This document shows, piece after piece, positions 25,718 through 40,158 of a DNA stretch of 64,000 nucleotides. Source of the DNA: Eledone cirrhosa (Eukaryota); contig OZ024746.1 of NCBI GenBank assembly GCA_964016885.1, forward strand, positions 47,058,001-47,122,000. The letters run 5' to 3'. A model generated the notes under the pieces. That model was not told the DNA's origin and did not search any database. It was given only the letters and a program-made list of their open reading frames with translations. The stretch's first letter is position 1. Every line of letters starts with the position of its first letter. The translations under genes were made by a program, and so were the position numbers.

Positions 25718-26453
25718 TAATGAATGACGTTTAATTAGATGTTTCCTAATATATATCTATGCGATCTAATCCTTGAATTCCTGTAGAAGATCTGTTCTAC
25801 AGAATCAATGAGTAGATTATCTTATATCAGCGCATCACTAACTATAGCTAAACCACTTTTGGCAGGATCAGAGAGTCTACATATATATTTGTGATAATCG
25901 GTTATTTTTATTGTTCATTAGTGTGATTATCAATGTATTCAAATTTGTCTTGAATGTTATATTTATGTCTATATGATATGATTTTACGTTGATTTTATTG
26001 TATATTAGAAAGCTGCAGGATTTTGTTTCGTAGGAATTTGTCATGCAATTGCAAACAAAGATTGTGTAAGAATAGTTTTCCTTTCCTCGTATAAGTATAT
26101 TTATTTTGACTCTGTATTCGAATACATTTTTATAGAATTTATTGTTTGTAAGCTTGAATTTAGCTTCGTGTGAAATTGTTGTTTTGTTAATATCATATTC
26201 TTTATTAAATTTTGGGTGTTATGTTTACGCCATTATTGCGTAGAAGTAACGTCCATGTATTGAATCTTAGTCATACACCACTTGTGAAATCTTGCCATCT
26301 TTTTGTTCATAGAAATAAGTTGTCATCACATAGGTTTTATCACAATTACTTTTTCTTGATGTGTCTAAACAGGTAGACTTTCCGGCGAGGATTTAACATG
26401 ATTTTCTTCGATAGTAAATAGAGTTTGAGTATTCTATAGTATACATGATTTAC

Positions 26454-26596
<143 letters not shown>

Positions 26597-26666
26597 TATA
26601 CATATATATATATATGTGTGTTTGTGTGTATGTGTATGTGTGTGTGTTTGTGTGTGTATGGAATGA

Positions 26667-26925
26667 AAGCCACTCCGTCGGTTACGACGACTAGTGTTCC
26701 AGTCGATCCGATCAACGGAACAGCCTGCTCGTGAAATTAGCGTGCAAGTGGTTGAGTATTCCACAAACACGCGTTCCCTTAACATAGTTCTCGGGGAGAT
26801 TTGGCGTGACACAGAATGTGACAAAGCTGGCCCATCTAATTACAGGTGCAACTCAGTTTTACCACCACATGAGTGAACTGGAGCAACGTGAAATAGAGTG
26901 TCTTACTCAAGGACACAGACACGCA
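26667..26925 (-). mobile_element. CORE-type SINE (octopus OR-like), head truncated
   Basis: Minus strand GTGTCCTTGAGTAAGACACTCTATTTCACGTTGCTCCAG is a CORE-like domain; the 3' end CGTAACCGACGGAGTGG runs into (CA)n. Confidence 0.7.
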
Positions 26926-26952
26926 CCTTCAATACATATACATATATACATA

Positions 26953-26999
<47 letters not shown>

Positions 27000-27019
27000 G
27001 TAAACCCATACATAATATA

Positions 27020-27465
27020 TACGAGGAGGAAGGGCAGGCGGTTTTCATCTGCCTGGTGGCCATGGCGAAAGAGATTGTGTGGTGGACAAGGTTAAAAGGA
27101 TTAAAGACAAACACTTTCCTCTTTGGCGAATCCCTAATTAACTTTTTCAAGTTTCACTTGAAGAGGAAAGTCAAGGTGGAGAGGCAAGTGCTGCTTTCTA
27201 GCAAGTTTGGTGAAAGGTGGGTGAATGTAGCGAGAATGGTCCGAGTGAATATACGTCTGTAGTTTGAGAGATGGAAAAATTGAGAGAGGGCGCATGCCCT
27301 GGTGGTCAGGGTGGCCGTGGTCTTTTGTGTGGTTTTCGCCACGAGTAACCCTCGGAGGTTTCCCCCCTATTGGGGAATTTTTCGTTGTTTCAATTTTCAT
27401 TTTTATTGTTTATATATATATATATGTTTTATGTCCTTTTTTTTCTTTTCTTATATAAATAATAA
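27020..27465 (+). mobile_element. 3' end of L1/Tx1-like LINE
   Basis: ORF end AMAKEIVWWTRLKG...FGERWVNVARMVRVN, GT-rich 3'UTR and AATAAA at ~27461. Confidence 0.6.
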
Positions 27466-27555
27466 AAATATTTACACGCACAAAACCCACATCGTACCGT
27501 CCTGTGCCGTCTGTAATGTTTTTCTTGATGTCAGCCCTTGTGGCCAATAAAGAAA

Positions 27556-27587
<32 letters not shown>

Positions 27588-27649
27588 TTCTTCCTTCTTC
27601 TTCCTTTTCTTCTTCTCCTTCTTCTTCTTATTATTATTATTCCTGTTTC

Positions 27650-27815
27650 TTCTTCGACCATTTATTCCTGAGAGGATCGTGGGGCTAGTCTTGAAACAGC
27701 TGGTTCTGTCAGAAACAACCATTTCCAACTAATCCAACTGGATCCTCAAGTGAGACCATCCAAGCCCAAGGATGATATCCTACTAGTCTGCTCGATGTCT
27801 GGTGAATATAGGGGT
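27650..27815 (-). mobile_element. Old RTE-like 3' fragment
   Basis: Similar by eye to 55690-55900 (CTGTCAGAA.CAACC..TCCAACT...GGATCC...CCAAGCCCA), followed on the minus strand by (AAG)n/(AAT)n tails. Confidence 0.35.
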
Positions 27816-29126
27816 GGGGTAAAACCTCCCATACTCATGGTTTTACTTTGTCTTAGGTTTGTTTTGAAGAATGTGGCCTTGCACTGTCGCGTTACAAAAT
27901 ATATATGATATGCCGGAGATTTTGAATAGTAGATTGAGTGACAACGTAAATGCTCACTTGTAGGGTTGTTACTGTTTTATTTGTTGTTAATGTTGGTATT
28001 ATAGATATTTTTCATAAATAGACCAAATCATATCTTCTGCCAAATCCGGTCACAATTCAATTTTTTGTATATGCTACACAATTATCTTTGATAATTAGTT
28101 TCATAATACATATCTCCAATGCTTACATCAAGCGACAAATGCTTTGAAAAACAATTTTACAATTCTCAGCTAACATTAAAGAAAACAAAACAATGAGTAA
28201 ACGAATAAACGAAATCCAATATTGAAAGCTACAATGAGTTTGAATACAATAGCTAAATATGAAAGATGTAGCGCACCGATTAATCTGTCAACTATGTGTG
28301 TCACACCAACACCATAACAAAAAGAATTTTTTTTAAACATCTTCTGATTTAAAATCTCCTGACGGAATCTTTTACCGTTATGAAACTTCTAAACACCGCT
28401 GTAATATGGAACATGACTAGAATCAACTGAAATATTTAATAGATTTATTAAAGAAAACCTTTAACTCTCTAGGCTAATATGCAAAGATGCATGAAATTAA
28501 TTCGAAATTTAATTCTAAAACGAAAATAAAGTATATTTACATGTCATATATATATACATATAATAATAATAATATTATTTATACTTATATGTACACTATA
28601 TATAATTATAAACAGGAAAGGTCAGTAATTCATTACTACCTTATTACCAGTAAGAAAAATAGCTCAATGTAAATATATCAGAGCCGGAATATGTATTCTT
28701 TACGATTGTTCTGTGGAATAAGAGGTTACTTATATGTCTAAAATTTGCTAGTGCTCCGATGATTCCAAACGAAAGTTTGGAAGAAGCGATTGTCAGAAAT
28801 AAAATGTTTTGAACATAGTTTTGATTATTCTGTAATTTATATATACATACATATATATATATATATACATATATATATAATAAGCATGACACCATTCTGC
28901 ACTATTCGGTCAACCTCTCATACTGTATTGCTCTTCCAAAATGATACGCAGTGCGATTAAGAATAGAACTTCGTGCCAACTCACTATACCTGAATATATG
29001 TATGCATATATGCATTATATACAGACGTTTCCAACTCTCTAATAGGTACTGATTGGCTCTCACAAATGTACCAATGTGCACATGGATAAAATCCATCAGC
29101 TCATCCAGATCGTATCAAGACAAGAA

Positions 29127-29342
29127 ATTGGCAGTTTCGGTAGAGCATCTAAAAACATGCTTTGTGGCATATAGTTACGGCCCTTTACGTTTCAAGTTCA
29201 AATCCTGCTCAGGTTAGCTTTGTTTTTCAGTCTTACAGTTCGAAAAAAGATAAAGAACCAGTAACGCTCTGGGGTCGAATAATTGACTTTCCTTTCCCAA
29301 AAATTGTTGGCCTTGTGCCTAAATCAGAAGCCTTATTATTAT
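29127..29342 (+). mobile_element. Degenerate SINE, long variant
   Basis: A/B boxes, core and GGCCTTGTGCCTAAAT tail are recognisable. Confidence 0.75.
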
Positions 29343-31679
29343 TGCTGTTGTTGCTGCTGTAGTAGCTCTTGGTGCTATTGTTGATATTCTGCACGTCATT
29401 TCAAATAATATTATTTAAATAGCTTAAAGGAAAAAAAGGAAATAATTGGAACTTTCTTCGGATATTTACCCAACGGTATTATCAACAAAAGGCCATATCT
29501 TAAAGCATGTCTATAACTGTGTATGATTTCATTTTTTTTTTTCCTTTAGCGAATATCGATTTTATTCGATTGAAAGTTGATTTAGAAATAGTCACATTTA
29601 TAATTAATTTCTTTCTGTTATATTTAGTTAATTCGTCACGAAATTTGTCCACAATTTAACTTCCTTCTGGTATGCATAATTTATTGAAAAGTATCTTTCT
29701 TAGAAGGGATATGGCTTTCTTCCTACTAAATAATTAAATGAAGCATGATTATGAAGAGAAACCTTTGAATATTTATTTAAAAAAGACTATAAGTTCTCTA
29801 TTAATAGAATGTGGACGAAGTCTTTAAGTCGCAATTCCAAAGAATTATTAGTGGAACAAAACATTAACATTTTGTCCCTATTTTGGAATAGAGTAAGGTT
29901 TTAAAAATCACCTATTTATAAAATAAATAGACATTAAGAAGAGAATATATATTTACATTTAGAATAATGGTTTAAATTCTTGTCTTAAATTCTAGAGTTC
30001 AGATACCTATTTTAGGTATTTTCCAATCTAATTGAATTGCTTTAAATAAGGAGGATTTACTCTCTCAGAAAGGCAACATAACCTAAAAGGATTTAAAATT
30101 AGGAAGCGCTTATACTACTTTACCTAGTTAAAGAAACAACAAGGATAGTCTATGTTTATTTTATAGTTGTTACTGATATATTTATTCAATTCGAAGAGTT
30201 TCTAGATTTGCGATTCCAATTGTGTAACTGTTTTATTTGGCTTGGTACCTCTCCAGGAACATTGAGTGCATCAATTTCGTTGATTTCAAAATGCTTGTGA
30301 AAGACAAGGACATAAAATTGAAAGATATCTACCCACACTCAAGTCTCTTGTAATCAAATTCTTTATGCTCTGATCTGGTTATTAGTAATATCTGTATAGT
30401 ATTCCAGAATGAAATGATAACATAATTTATACTAATATTTCTTTGGGAGTCAACGGGTCTTTCAATGACTGATGTTTAACTCAACGTTAATGTAGTTCAG
30501 TCCACTGTAAATATAATCCATAGAGGATCTGCAGAATATTCATAAATTATAGAATTAAGTAAATGTATAATGGTGACAAGGAAATAATGAATATACATAA
30601 TGAAATAAGTGTAACTCTTTCAGATAGTTTAAACCATCATGTATTCGCTTGTAATCCAATATTTTATTCATTCTATTATCTCACTTGTACACTGCGAACC
30701 AATAGACGAATTTGAAAACAACAATGAACAAATTACGTATACAAATTACGTATCAGTAAATTTACTAAGGTAAACGACGGTAGAAAATAAACCTTAGTAA
30801 AAAGCCTTAGAACCTTAGAAAAAGCCTGTGATTTAAATATAACCCATGAAATAAACAATAAATTATTATTGAACATAATCAACAATGATTCATAACCTTA
30901 CATATCAAAATAGATAGCGTACACAAAATTCATCAGCAAACATATGAACATATGGTCGATATGATTTCTTCAATGTGGAGCCACAGTACGGTGGCAGTCT
31001 AATGATTGAAGTCATTAAATGAATAAAAGAATACACAATTATCTGAATCTAGAAACCTGAAAAAGTATTAACAATTTTAAATCAAACAAAATCCATGGCA
31101 AGTAGCATGACACGGACACAAGACCATCCTATACATATTTTCATACATTTTATACAGATCCATCTTTGATATCACTAACCAAAATATTTTTCTTCAAATC
31201 ATAAAACTGATTCAGGACTTGCCGAATATTTTGATGGCAGTTGTTACAGCTTTATTGCAAGTATTTTGATTTGTAGAACTATTTGTCGTTTCGTTTAATC
31301 ATAGCATTCCCCAGAAAATGTATTTTCCTTCCTTTAAATCTCAATTAATAATATTTCAGAATATCTCCTATTAGAATGTTCTACTAGAAAAATAGTATGA
31401 CTTTGCAATTGCTGTTTCCTCATTACTTTTCTCTCTTCCAAAGGTGGTGTTGGAAATTTTGTATTAAGAATATTTTATTATTACAGATTGAAAGCTCTGA
31501 GTAATAATATCAATAAAAACAAGAACTATAGAATCAATTTGAATCACTGATGATCTGCATATATAAAATATGTTTATAGAATATAAACAGCTGGTTCGAT
31601 ACGAAACGTCACTGTGTTCGAAACAATTTTATTTTGAGGTTAATATTAATTTTAGTATCAGAATTATACAAATAGTTGT

Positions 31680-31877
31680 CCGCCGCTCTATCGATTTTGC
31701 CAATCCACCGCCCTTTATAGTAGATAATAATTGTTTCTACTTTCAGCACAAGGCCAGCAATTATCCCAGTGCATTAATGGGGCTTCATTTTACGGTGTCG
31801 ATAAAATAAAGCACCAGTAATGCACAGGGATAATTGCTGGCCTTGTGCCTAAAGTAGAAACAATTATCTGCTATAAA
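31680..31877. repeat. SINE head fragment plus fold-back palindrome of SINE 3' half
   Basis: 31714-31877 is an inverted duplication of the SINE tail including its flank (TTTATAGTAGATAAT / ATTATCTGCTATAAA). Confidence 0.85.
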
Positions 31878-31925
31878 TATTCATTTACGATGATCGGCTG
31901 TAAAGTGCATATGCTGAAGGGTTCA

Positions 31926-32671
31926 TAGCATAGGTGAAAGGATAGACCAACACTGGGGGGAACTAAAATGACGAAAAAACGGGTCAGTACTATACGAACA
32001 TGCTAGACAACAACATGACGGTAACATAGACAACATAGAAATTAGAATAATATCTAAACATAGAAATGACCCAGCATATAGGCAAATCAGAGAGGCCAGT
32101 GAAATAGAAATTAGAAGACCAAAGCTAAACAGAAAGAATGAATGGAATAACAACAACACCCAAACAAACAACACTGACCTAAGAGAAGTATAAATAAGTA
32201 AATAAAATAAGATAAATAAATAAATAAATACATACACAAGCACAATAACAACAAGCACATAAACACACACTAGTCACCCATCACACAGCAAACATAACAC
32301 TATACACACGCGCAAACGCATGCGCAAACAAGACAAAATAAAATAAACAAACAAGCTAATAAATAAATAAATATATAGACAGACTGAATAAAAATGGCGT
32401 AGACATACAACACAACAGGAGGAAAATATAACACCACTGACGATGTTGCAGATGTGCAACGAAAGATTTATGATAAACTATATATATGTGTTTGTGTCTA
32501 TATTGTATCTGTATTATTTTTGACCGTCGGCCAGTCAATGGCAACATTGAGGACCGAGTAAGTTAGATTACCGATATAAAAGACAGCGAGAAGCGAAAAC
32601 CAACCAAACAGTGAGTGTGTTCTGTTATTAATTCTGGCAATATTACACAAATATGACCCTCCCCAAGTATA
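31926..32671 (+). mobile_element. Penelope-like element B, 3' fragment (GIY-YIG end + 3' pseudo-LTR)
   Basis: Near-identical reverse complement of 48215-48960. Confidence 0.9.
32433..32474 (+). ncRNA. PLE-associated minimal hammerhead motif
   Basis: ACCA CTGACGA T GTTGCA GATG TGCAAC GAAA GATT TA TGAT: core and 6-bp stem II intact; stems I and III weak. Confidence 0.6.
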
Positions 32672-32724
32672 AATATATATATATATATACATGGAACTCC
32701 TTTAACCATCTTTTGATCTTATAT

Positions 32725-32755
<31 letters not shown>

Positions 32756-32888
32756 ATATATACATATATATATATATACATATATACATATATATATATA
32801 TATGTATATTGGCATATAAAAAAAACAAATGTATTATGTGTGTGTGTGTGCGTGTGTGGGGGGGTTGTATGTGTGTGTGTGTGTGTAT

Positions 32889-32958
<70 letters not shown>

Positions 32959-35900
32959 GTGTGTATGTGTGTGTGTTTCTGTGCGTATGTGCGTATGTGC
33001 GTATGTGCGTCTGTGTAAATAAATGTGTTCTGTTGTCGTTGTTGTTCTGATTCGGTATCTGTAAATAATATATGTACGTGATTTCATGCCAGATTTTGCG
33101 GCGTAAATTATCTTCAGTGCATCATTATTTTATACTGCTGAGACACAAATAATTTTATAACGGAGACTTTTCATCACAAATTACATATTACCTTTTGTTC
33201 TATTGATTTCTTTCCCTTTGGCATTCTCATTGATATTTATCTAAACAAATTCTTTTGTGGTTGAAACATATTCGTGCTTTTCCGAATGCGAATTTTAAAG
33301 CTTGTATAAGGTAGATGTATGCATGCTTATTTTACAATCGATTGCTATCTGTTCTATCGCTCTCTCGCTCTCTCTCTATCTCTATCTATATCTCTCTCTC
33401 CCTCTCTCTCCCTCCCTCTCTCTCTCTCTCTCTCTCCATCTCTTTATATATAGCACTTTCTTTTTTGCATCTCCCTCTAATTTTCTATCGATATTTTTTT
33501 TCTTTGTCTTTATCCGTGTCCTTTTCCCTCACTTTTGAAAGTAGCTTTCCTAATGATTATACGTTGCACTACGTGTGTAAGAACTTTAGATCCAGAAGTG
33601 TCCTTGATAATATATTACCCTTGAAAGTATTTAAATAGAAATCAATATTCAGCCAAAAAACAAAAATCAACAAAAAATATATAAATATTCAGTTAACTCC
33701 AGAAAATCCGAAGAACTGCTCATCAGGTGGAAGTAATAAATTATTCCTTCGTGGATATTAAGACAAATATTGCCAAATGACGTGCTAAGATCTGAAAGTC
33801 GGCGTATGAGGGAACAGGTTTCGTATGATTGCAGAAACACATCAGGGCCACCGAGGAACAAAATGGTATTTGTTCATTCGCGAAATGCATATGATATATA
33901 ATATGAAACACACTTTGTCAAACTATATAGGAAAACTGAAAAATTGAAAATCGTGGATTTGGGTGATTCGATCTATGTTGTGTCACAAATTATGCTGGAA
34001 GTCATAGAACGGAATTCGAAAATCCAATTTCAGTTTCTGAAATATCGGACTGGGTGTATTTATTGATACATGATCTTTTTATCTTACCAGTTGCATCTTA
34101 TCAGGATATAGCGTCTGCTCTTTCGTTTCTCGTGGAAAGGTGAGTTCCTAAAGTCAGAAGGTCCATCTGCTGCTAATAGACTCTGTACGTCTATTGTAGT
34201 GACTTATGTAGTGACTTATGACGTATCCACTATATCTGCGACATCTCTAGACATGCATTGATAGTAGAGTCATCATTTATGAAGCAAATCTTATACTCTT
34301 TTTTCGGAACTACAAGCGTGGATCAATACATACAATTTTATTCCTTTCTCACTACCCTCAACTATCCGCTCAATGCGATCGGTGTCAATTCTATAGATTT
34401 ATAATAGCGGGCATAAACGATAACGTTCTTGGGAGGACTTTGGGAGCCTATTCTGGAGGACTTTAATTCAGTGTCAATGAATAACGTCCTCTGATGGTGT
34501 GCACGATAGAAGGACTAGCATGTTTTGCCGTTTTGGGATAAGTTCTGCAAGTACGAAATTGTTTATCTGAAATGTCTGATTAACAACGAAACCATACCTT
34601 ACAGTATCGTCTAGTGCCCGACGGTTTCTGACATTTGGAACTATATCAAATAAATGTCATCGCGTGTCTGATGGACCCGGCTATTAGTTGCGCTGCCTCA
34701 AAAATGACACCGCCACCTCGCAGTGGCAATGAGAAGCAAGTATATTTCATGTCTGGAAGCTAATATTAACGCTAAAGAGATTGTCCCGTAGATGCTTTTG
34801 AAAGGGTTTAGAAAAGGTGTGCATCTCTCCATCCTAGCCATTATCAACTTATTCGAGATCCATTTACCTAAGACGATAAGAGCAAAGAATGCTGTGTTTG
34901 CCTTTAATAAATTTTATGAAAAGTGTAAGTGGTGAAACTATAATGCATGACAGACAATTTGGTATATTTTAAAAATATTAACTGGATGGTGGAGTTGGGA
35001 AAAGACAGGTACACGGATCACAAAGTGGTCGAGCTTTTGTGCGGCATGATCATATCTAGGTTGCTGTTCCTACACCTTTCTGATTGCGTTTTGTTTATTT
35101 TATATTCTTTTTAAAATCTTAATTTTTAACGTGTATCGGTGTACTATTGACCCTTATTCACTTGATTATATTTGTACCATCAAGCATTTTTTCGTATCTA
35201 TTTTGTATATAAATATCTGTAAGAATGTATGCAATCCCTGTAGTGCATGGCAATATGCTGCCGCCGAAGTATGGGTTAACCCATTGTACAAATATTAGTA
35301 CTTTAACACATGTACGAAACACACATGGCATTGGGGATTTCCAAAACTTCCAGAGTCGAATTATTTCAGCAAACAGAATATAAGTTTCAAAAATCCGAGT
35401 ATACAAACTCTCCTTATCTCTGAACTTTGATAACACAATGAACTCTTGGACGCCCTAAACTGTACGCTTCAATTCATAAAATGAAAAGTTGCGAGTTGAA
35501 ATCGAGCGCGTTTATAACCTATTAAGGATTACGTTGCAGGCCACGACAGATTCATTAAGCTAAGTTAAACTGTTCTATTAACTTCCGTGTACATCGCATG
35601 ATGATATTTGCCAGTCCATCTGGGGCTTGACTCATATTTGCTTATAACTACTGAAGTTAATTATATTAAATCTACCTATACACCAATGAAATATTGCGAA
35701 TTAAACTAAGCTCGCATCTCATATGGTAAAATTCAGAAGCAAATTAGTGATATTGTTTTTTTTGTTTTTTCTTTACTTTGATTTCTTGTTTTGTTTTCTT
35801 TCAGTTTCTTTTTCAGAAACTACAGATAAATATTTTTTTTTAATCATTGAATGCAGCTATATGAGGCTGTGAGCAACTATAATTATCACTAAATCTGAAA

Positions 35901-37717
35901 AATACAGTTTGGTGTAATATGAAGTTTGTCTAGCTTTCGAATTCAATTCTAGATTTTATACTGACTGACATGTTAGATGTTAGTTTGATTTCAATCAACA
36001 AATCAAATATGGCATTTTGTCAGTATACATTACTTTCATCAGATCTTATATTGAAGATGTTCCTATCCATCAGATGTTTACTTAAGCTAAGGATTGACAG
36101 TGAAAAGTCTTGTGCATTTTTTACGAAGTAAGAATGCATATTACCTTGTAAATATTTTAATTAGTACAAAACCAATCTCTGTGTACACCGTACTGCTGTA
36201 AAAACAAAGGACACATTATATGAGGTAACCCTAGAAAGACTGGAAATCATGAGTGGAAAGCCATTGGTCATAATCAGTGATGGTTCGGAGCTACTCTACA
36301 ACAGCAAACAAAATTAATTTAATTATTTCTTATTTTGTTGCGAGTATATTACACGTATTAGAAGAAATCGACAAAATATTGAAAGAAAAGTATTCAACAA
36401 GAAATTAGAGTTGTAAATGTTATTTTCTCCAGGTAAATCGCCTAGTAAATCTAGTAAACCATCGAACTAACTGCCTAATTATATTTAGCTCTGTCACCGC
36501 ATCTTTTGAATTTAAATTGTATAACGATAGACATTTACAGTTATATATATGGCATCAACAATAGAATTACTAGTCATGTACTGCGGTGAATTTAATGCCC
36601 TCTATATATTTATTCTTTAGAATTAAAACTTGAAAATTTGAGTAAAACGTAGGTTCCGTACGTCCTCTGCGCCTTACATTCAAATATGGCCAACCAATAC
36701 TATATTGCAGCTCGATACAGTAAGCACTAAACCAAACCATCGTAACAGCTCAAACTGCTCGAAATAGCAGTCCAAACTTCCCCAATTTACGCGCTAACAT
36801 CTTATAAACAGAAACGACATATAGCATAACGCAGACGTAAATATTACGAAAAAAGGCAAGATGGTTGCAAAGAGAATACTCTCCCCGGGCAAGGTGGCGC
36901 TAGTCACTACAATACCTTTGATTACAATTCAATCTAGGTTTAACAACAAATTGAATTGATTTAGTCGACTCCTTCAAGTATGAATTAGGCTTTGTGCTCT
37001 GTTAGAAAATAGTGAATACTTCACATCTCTGAACATATTTTTTTAGATATTCCTGATCTCCCCCACAACTTTACTCTACAACAAGGGGACAAGGGGAATA
37101 ACAATAATCACCCATTAGCTCATGCCCCACCCCCACCCCCTGCTGGGCGTGGTGCTACTAATTTAGTGCATGTTTACATTGCCTGACTTTCAATTGTTAG
37201 GGGAACCAGGAAAAATATTCAGTTCACAATTGTACATCATATTTCCTTGCTGTGTTAATTTGAAACATATTTCCCTGTAGAGAGAAAGAGCTTGAGTGAA
37301 ACACAGACGGAAGGAAAGACAGGATGGAAGAACGAATGAAGGAAATGAAGAAAATAGAAAGAAAGGAAGACGGAAAGCCTAAGAGATAGATAGACGAAGA
37401 GAATATCCTCTCAAATTAATGTTTATATGATGGCTGTTAGATGATTCAAATAAATAGAAACATACAAATCCACGATTCTTAAAGGAAACAAGAAACATTG
37501 AAATAAACTTTTATTAAAGTACATTTGTCTAATTTATTGCAGGTTGTTTGGTGCTAAAAGTAAACATATCCTGATGGCTAAAAATAGTTTTAGAGAACGA
37601 TACTTCCAAAACAACAATCATCCTTTGAGGATAATTCGGCATAAACATAAAGAAAAACAAAATGTCCACATATCTCAACTATATTTATAGATATAATTTA
37701 TAAATACACACACACAC

Positions 37718-37759
<42 letters not shown>

Positions 37760-37957
37760 ATGTGTGTGTGTTTGTGTTTGTGTGTTTCTATTGTCAGAGT
37801 CGTCGACATAAACACAATTATAAACACAAAACGTTTCATCAAAACGAATGCACAAACAGACAAATGAATCATTGTTGATATCATTGAATCTATGTGTATG
37901 TGTATGCGTGTGTGTTTCTATCTATCTATCTACCTATCTATTTATCTATCCGTTTTT

Positions 37958-38292
37958 ATGAAGGATGGGTGAAAGTGGCGAGAATGGCCCGTGTGAATGG
38001 GCCTTCACTCTACATCAGACTGTAGGTGAGAAAGATAAAAGATCAAGGAGCACCCTTTCTCTGTGCTCCTGAGGAGAAGGGTTGCATACTTTTTCGGGGG
38101 TGCGTGCGACCCCCCAAGGCGCCTCCTCCCTATTGAGGATTTTGTTATTCAATTTATTTTTGTTATATTTTATATTTTATATTTTTATATTTTGTTATTG
38201 CCTCCTCCTTATTGAGGACGCCTTTTTATGTAAACTCCCCCCATTGTACTTGTCCCACTCTTTGACGCCTTGGTGGCAAATAAAAAGAAAGT
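37958..38292 (+). mobile_element. 3' end of L1/Tx1-like LINE
   Basis: GGATGGGTGAAAGTGGCGAGAATGGCCCGTGTGAAT (WVKVARMARVN) matches the 27.2-kb copy; ends CAAATAAAAAGAA. Confidence 0.55.
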
Positions 38293-38339
38293 TACTTATC
38301 TATTTATCTATCTATTTATATATATGTATATATATATGC

Positions 38340-38413
<74 letters not shown>

Positions 38414-38538
38414 TAATAATAAATGTGAAGACTAAAATCCAAAGAGGACTCGTGAAAGCACCGATTCTTTGCTTAAACTTTAATCTGTTATTTCAATGAA
38501 TAAATATATTATTTCAATAAATGAATAAATATATATAT

Positions 38539-39260
38539 ATAAATGGACTAAATGAAACGAAATTTCATTTCTCACTCTTAGTACGGCTGTTACTCTAATA
38601 CAAGTATGTATACATACATATATGTATACAGACGTACAGTAGTATGTATATATATATATACATACATGCACACATATATATATATGTACGTATGGATTTA
38701 CCGAGCATTATAATAAATGCTCGGTGAATCCATACGTACATATATATATATATATGTGCATGTATGTATATATATATACATACTACTGTACGTCTGTATA
38801 CATATATGTATGTATACATACTTGTATTTAAGTAACAGCCGTACTAAGAGTGAGAAATGAAATTTCGTTTCATTTAGTCCATTTATCGTTTTGGGTGCGC
38901 CCGGCCGATCAACTCACTCGATATGCAAATTAGGCTGCTCAGCCGTTAATATGCATAAGGAAAGTATATACTTTCAGACGTTCAATCATATGGCAGGAAG
39001 GTATACCGTGCTGGCGATAGCTAATAAGCTTGAAACTAATACATCGTTCCTTTGTCAGTGTTGAACAAAAGGGCAACGATGGTTGCTAAACACTGTACGG
39101 CTTAATTCGGGATGTTTGTTTACAAACAAACCGAGCATTATCATAAATGCTCGGTAAATCCATACGTACATAGATATATATATATGTGTGTGTATGTATG
39201 TATATATACACATACTACTGTACGTCTGTATACATATATGTATGTACGTATACATACTTA
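38539..39260. repeat. Diverged sister of the 470-bp hammerhead unit (partial tandem + inverted arm)
   Basis: Collinear with the 21-23 kb unit; palindrome 38539-38886; hammerhead relic ACCGTG CTGGCGA TAGCTAATAAGCTT GAAA CTAA TA CATCGT at 39005-39047. Confidence 0.85.
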
Positions 39261-39270
39261 TATATATATA

Positions 39271-39317
<47 letters not shown>

Positions 39318-39322
<5 letters not shown>

Positions 39323-39498
39323 AAAATGTATGACCCCGACGGCAGAGCTCAAGCCGATTCGACGGCTATTTCTGGAGTCCAGAAAAAGCCGTCGAAACGG
39401 CTTGAGCTCTGCATTTTCCTATTACCCACTATACTACCCAAAGTAATGAGTACTCTGGTGCGTTATGGCCCATCTGGTTCCTTACCACAACTCCTTCG

Positions 39499-39502
<4 letters not shown>
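39318..39502. repeat. TA-flanked hairpin element (copy 2)
   Basis: GCAGAGCTCAAGCCG..CGACGGCT..TCTGGA G TCCAGA..AGCCGTCG..CGGCTTGAGCTCTGC hairpin; tail homologous to 12235-12320. Confidence 0.8.
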
Positions 39503-39563
<61 letters not shown>

Positions 39564-40002
39564 AAATGAGTTATTTAATTTGTTGGTTATTCAACAAATT
39601 TAGTTTATAACAGGTTAGAAGCACTCTACAAAATTCTTCTGGAGTATAATATACATATATATATATATGCGAAACGTAAAAAGAAAATGTGGCAAAATGA
39701 TAAAGTAGAAGGAAAAGATTTATATTCGTTTAACGATTTATCTAGTAAGAAAAGAGTCTTAATGATTTTGACGTTAGTCCTTCGTCAGAAGATAGAATGA
39801 GAAATACAAGAAGAAATAGAATGTTAGAGGAGCGTGCGAAGAGGAAGAAATGGAAAACTGCAGATCAACCGCAGATGTGGTGGGCCTGTGGGGTCATGTA
39901 CTCTCTATCGAAGCCGCTGCTCTATCTCCCGGAAGACGAAGCACACACACACACACTCACACACACACACACATACGCACACATACACACACATACAGAT
40001 AT

Positions 40003-40082
<80 letters not shown>

Positions 40083-40118
40083 GCATATATATATATATAT
40101 ATATATACATATATAGAG

Positions 40119-40158
40119 ATGCGTCTACATATAACTAAATAGTTATATGTAGACGCAT
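40119..40158. repeat. Perfect 19-bp-arm palindrome beside (TA)n
   Basis: ATGCGTCTACATATAACTA AA TAGTTATATGTAGACGCAT. Confidence 0.9.

Noticed and set aside
30249-30293. Possible 45-nt minus-strand micro-exon (HFEINEIDALNVPGE) with AG/GT ends
   Set aside because: Weak splice signals and no partner exons or recognisable homology; needs RNA-seq.
35158-35436. Possible mariner transposase C-terminal relic
   Set aside because: Only vague similarity; no DD34D motifs or TIRs seen.
39755-39792. Minus-strand CTGACGA-AGGACTAACGTC-AAAA hammerhead-like motif
   Set aside because: GAAA is mutated and the stems are weak; cannot be supported as functional.
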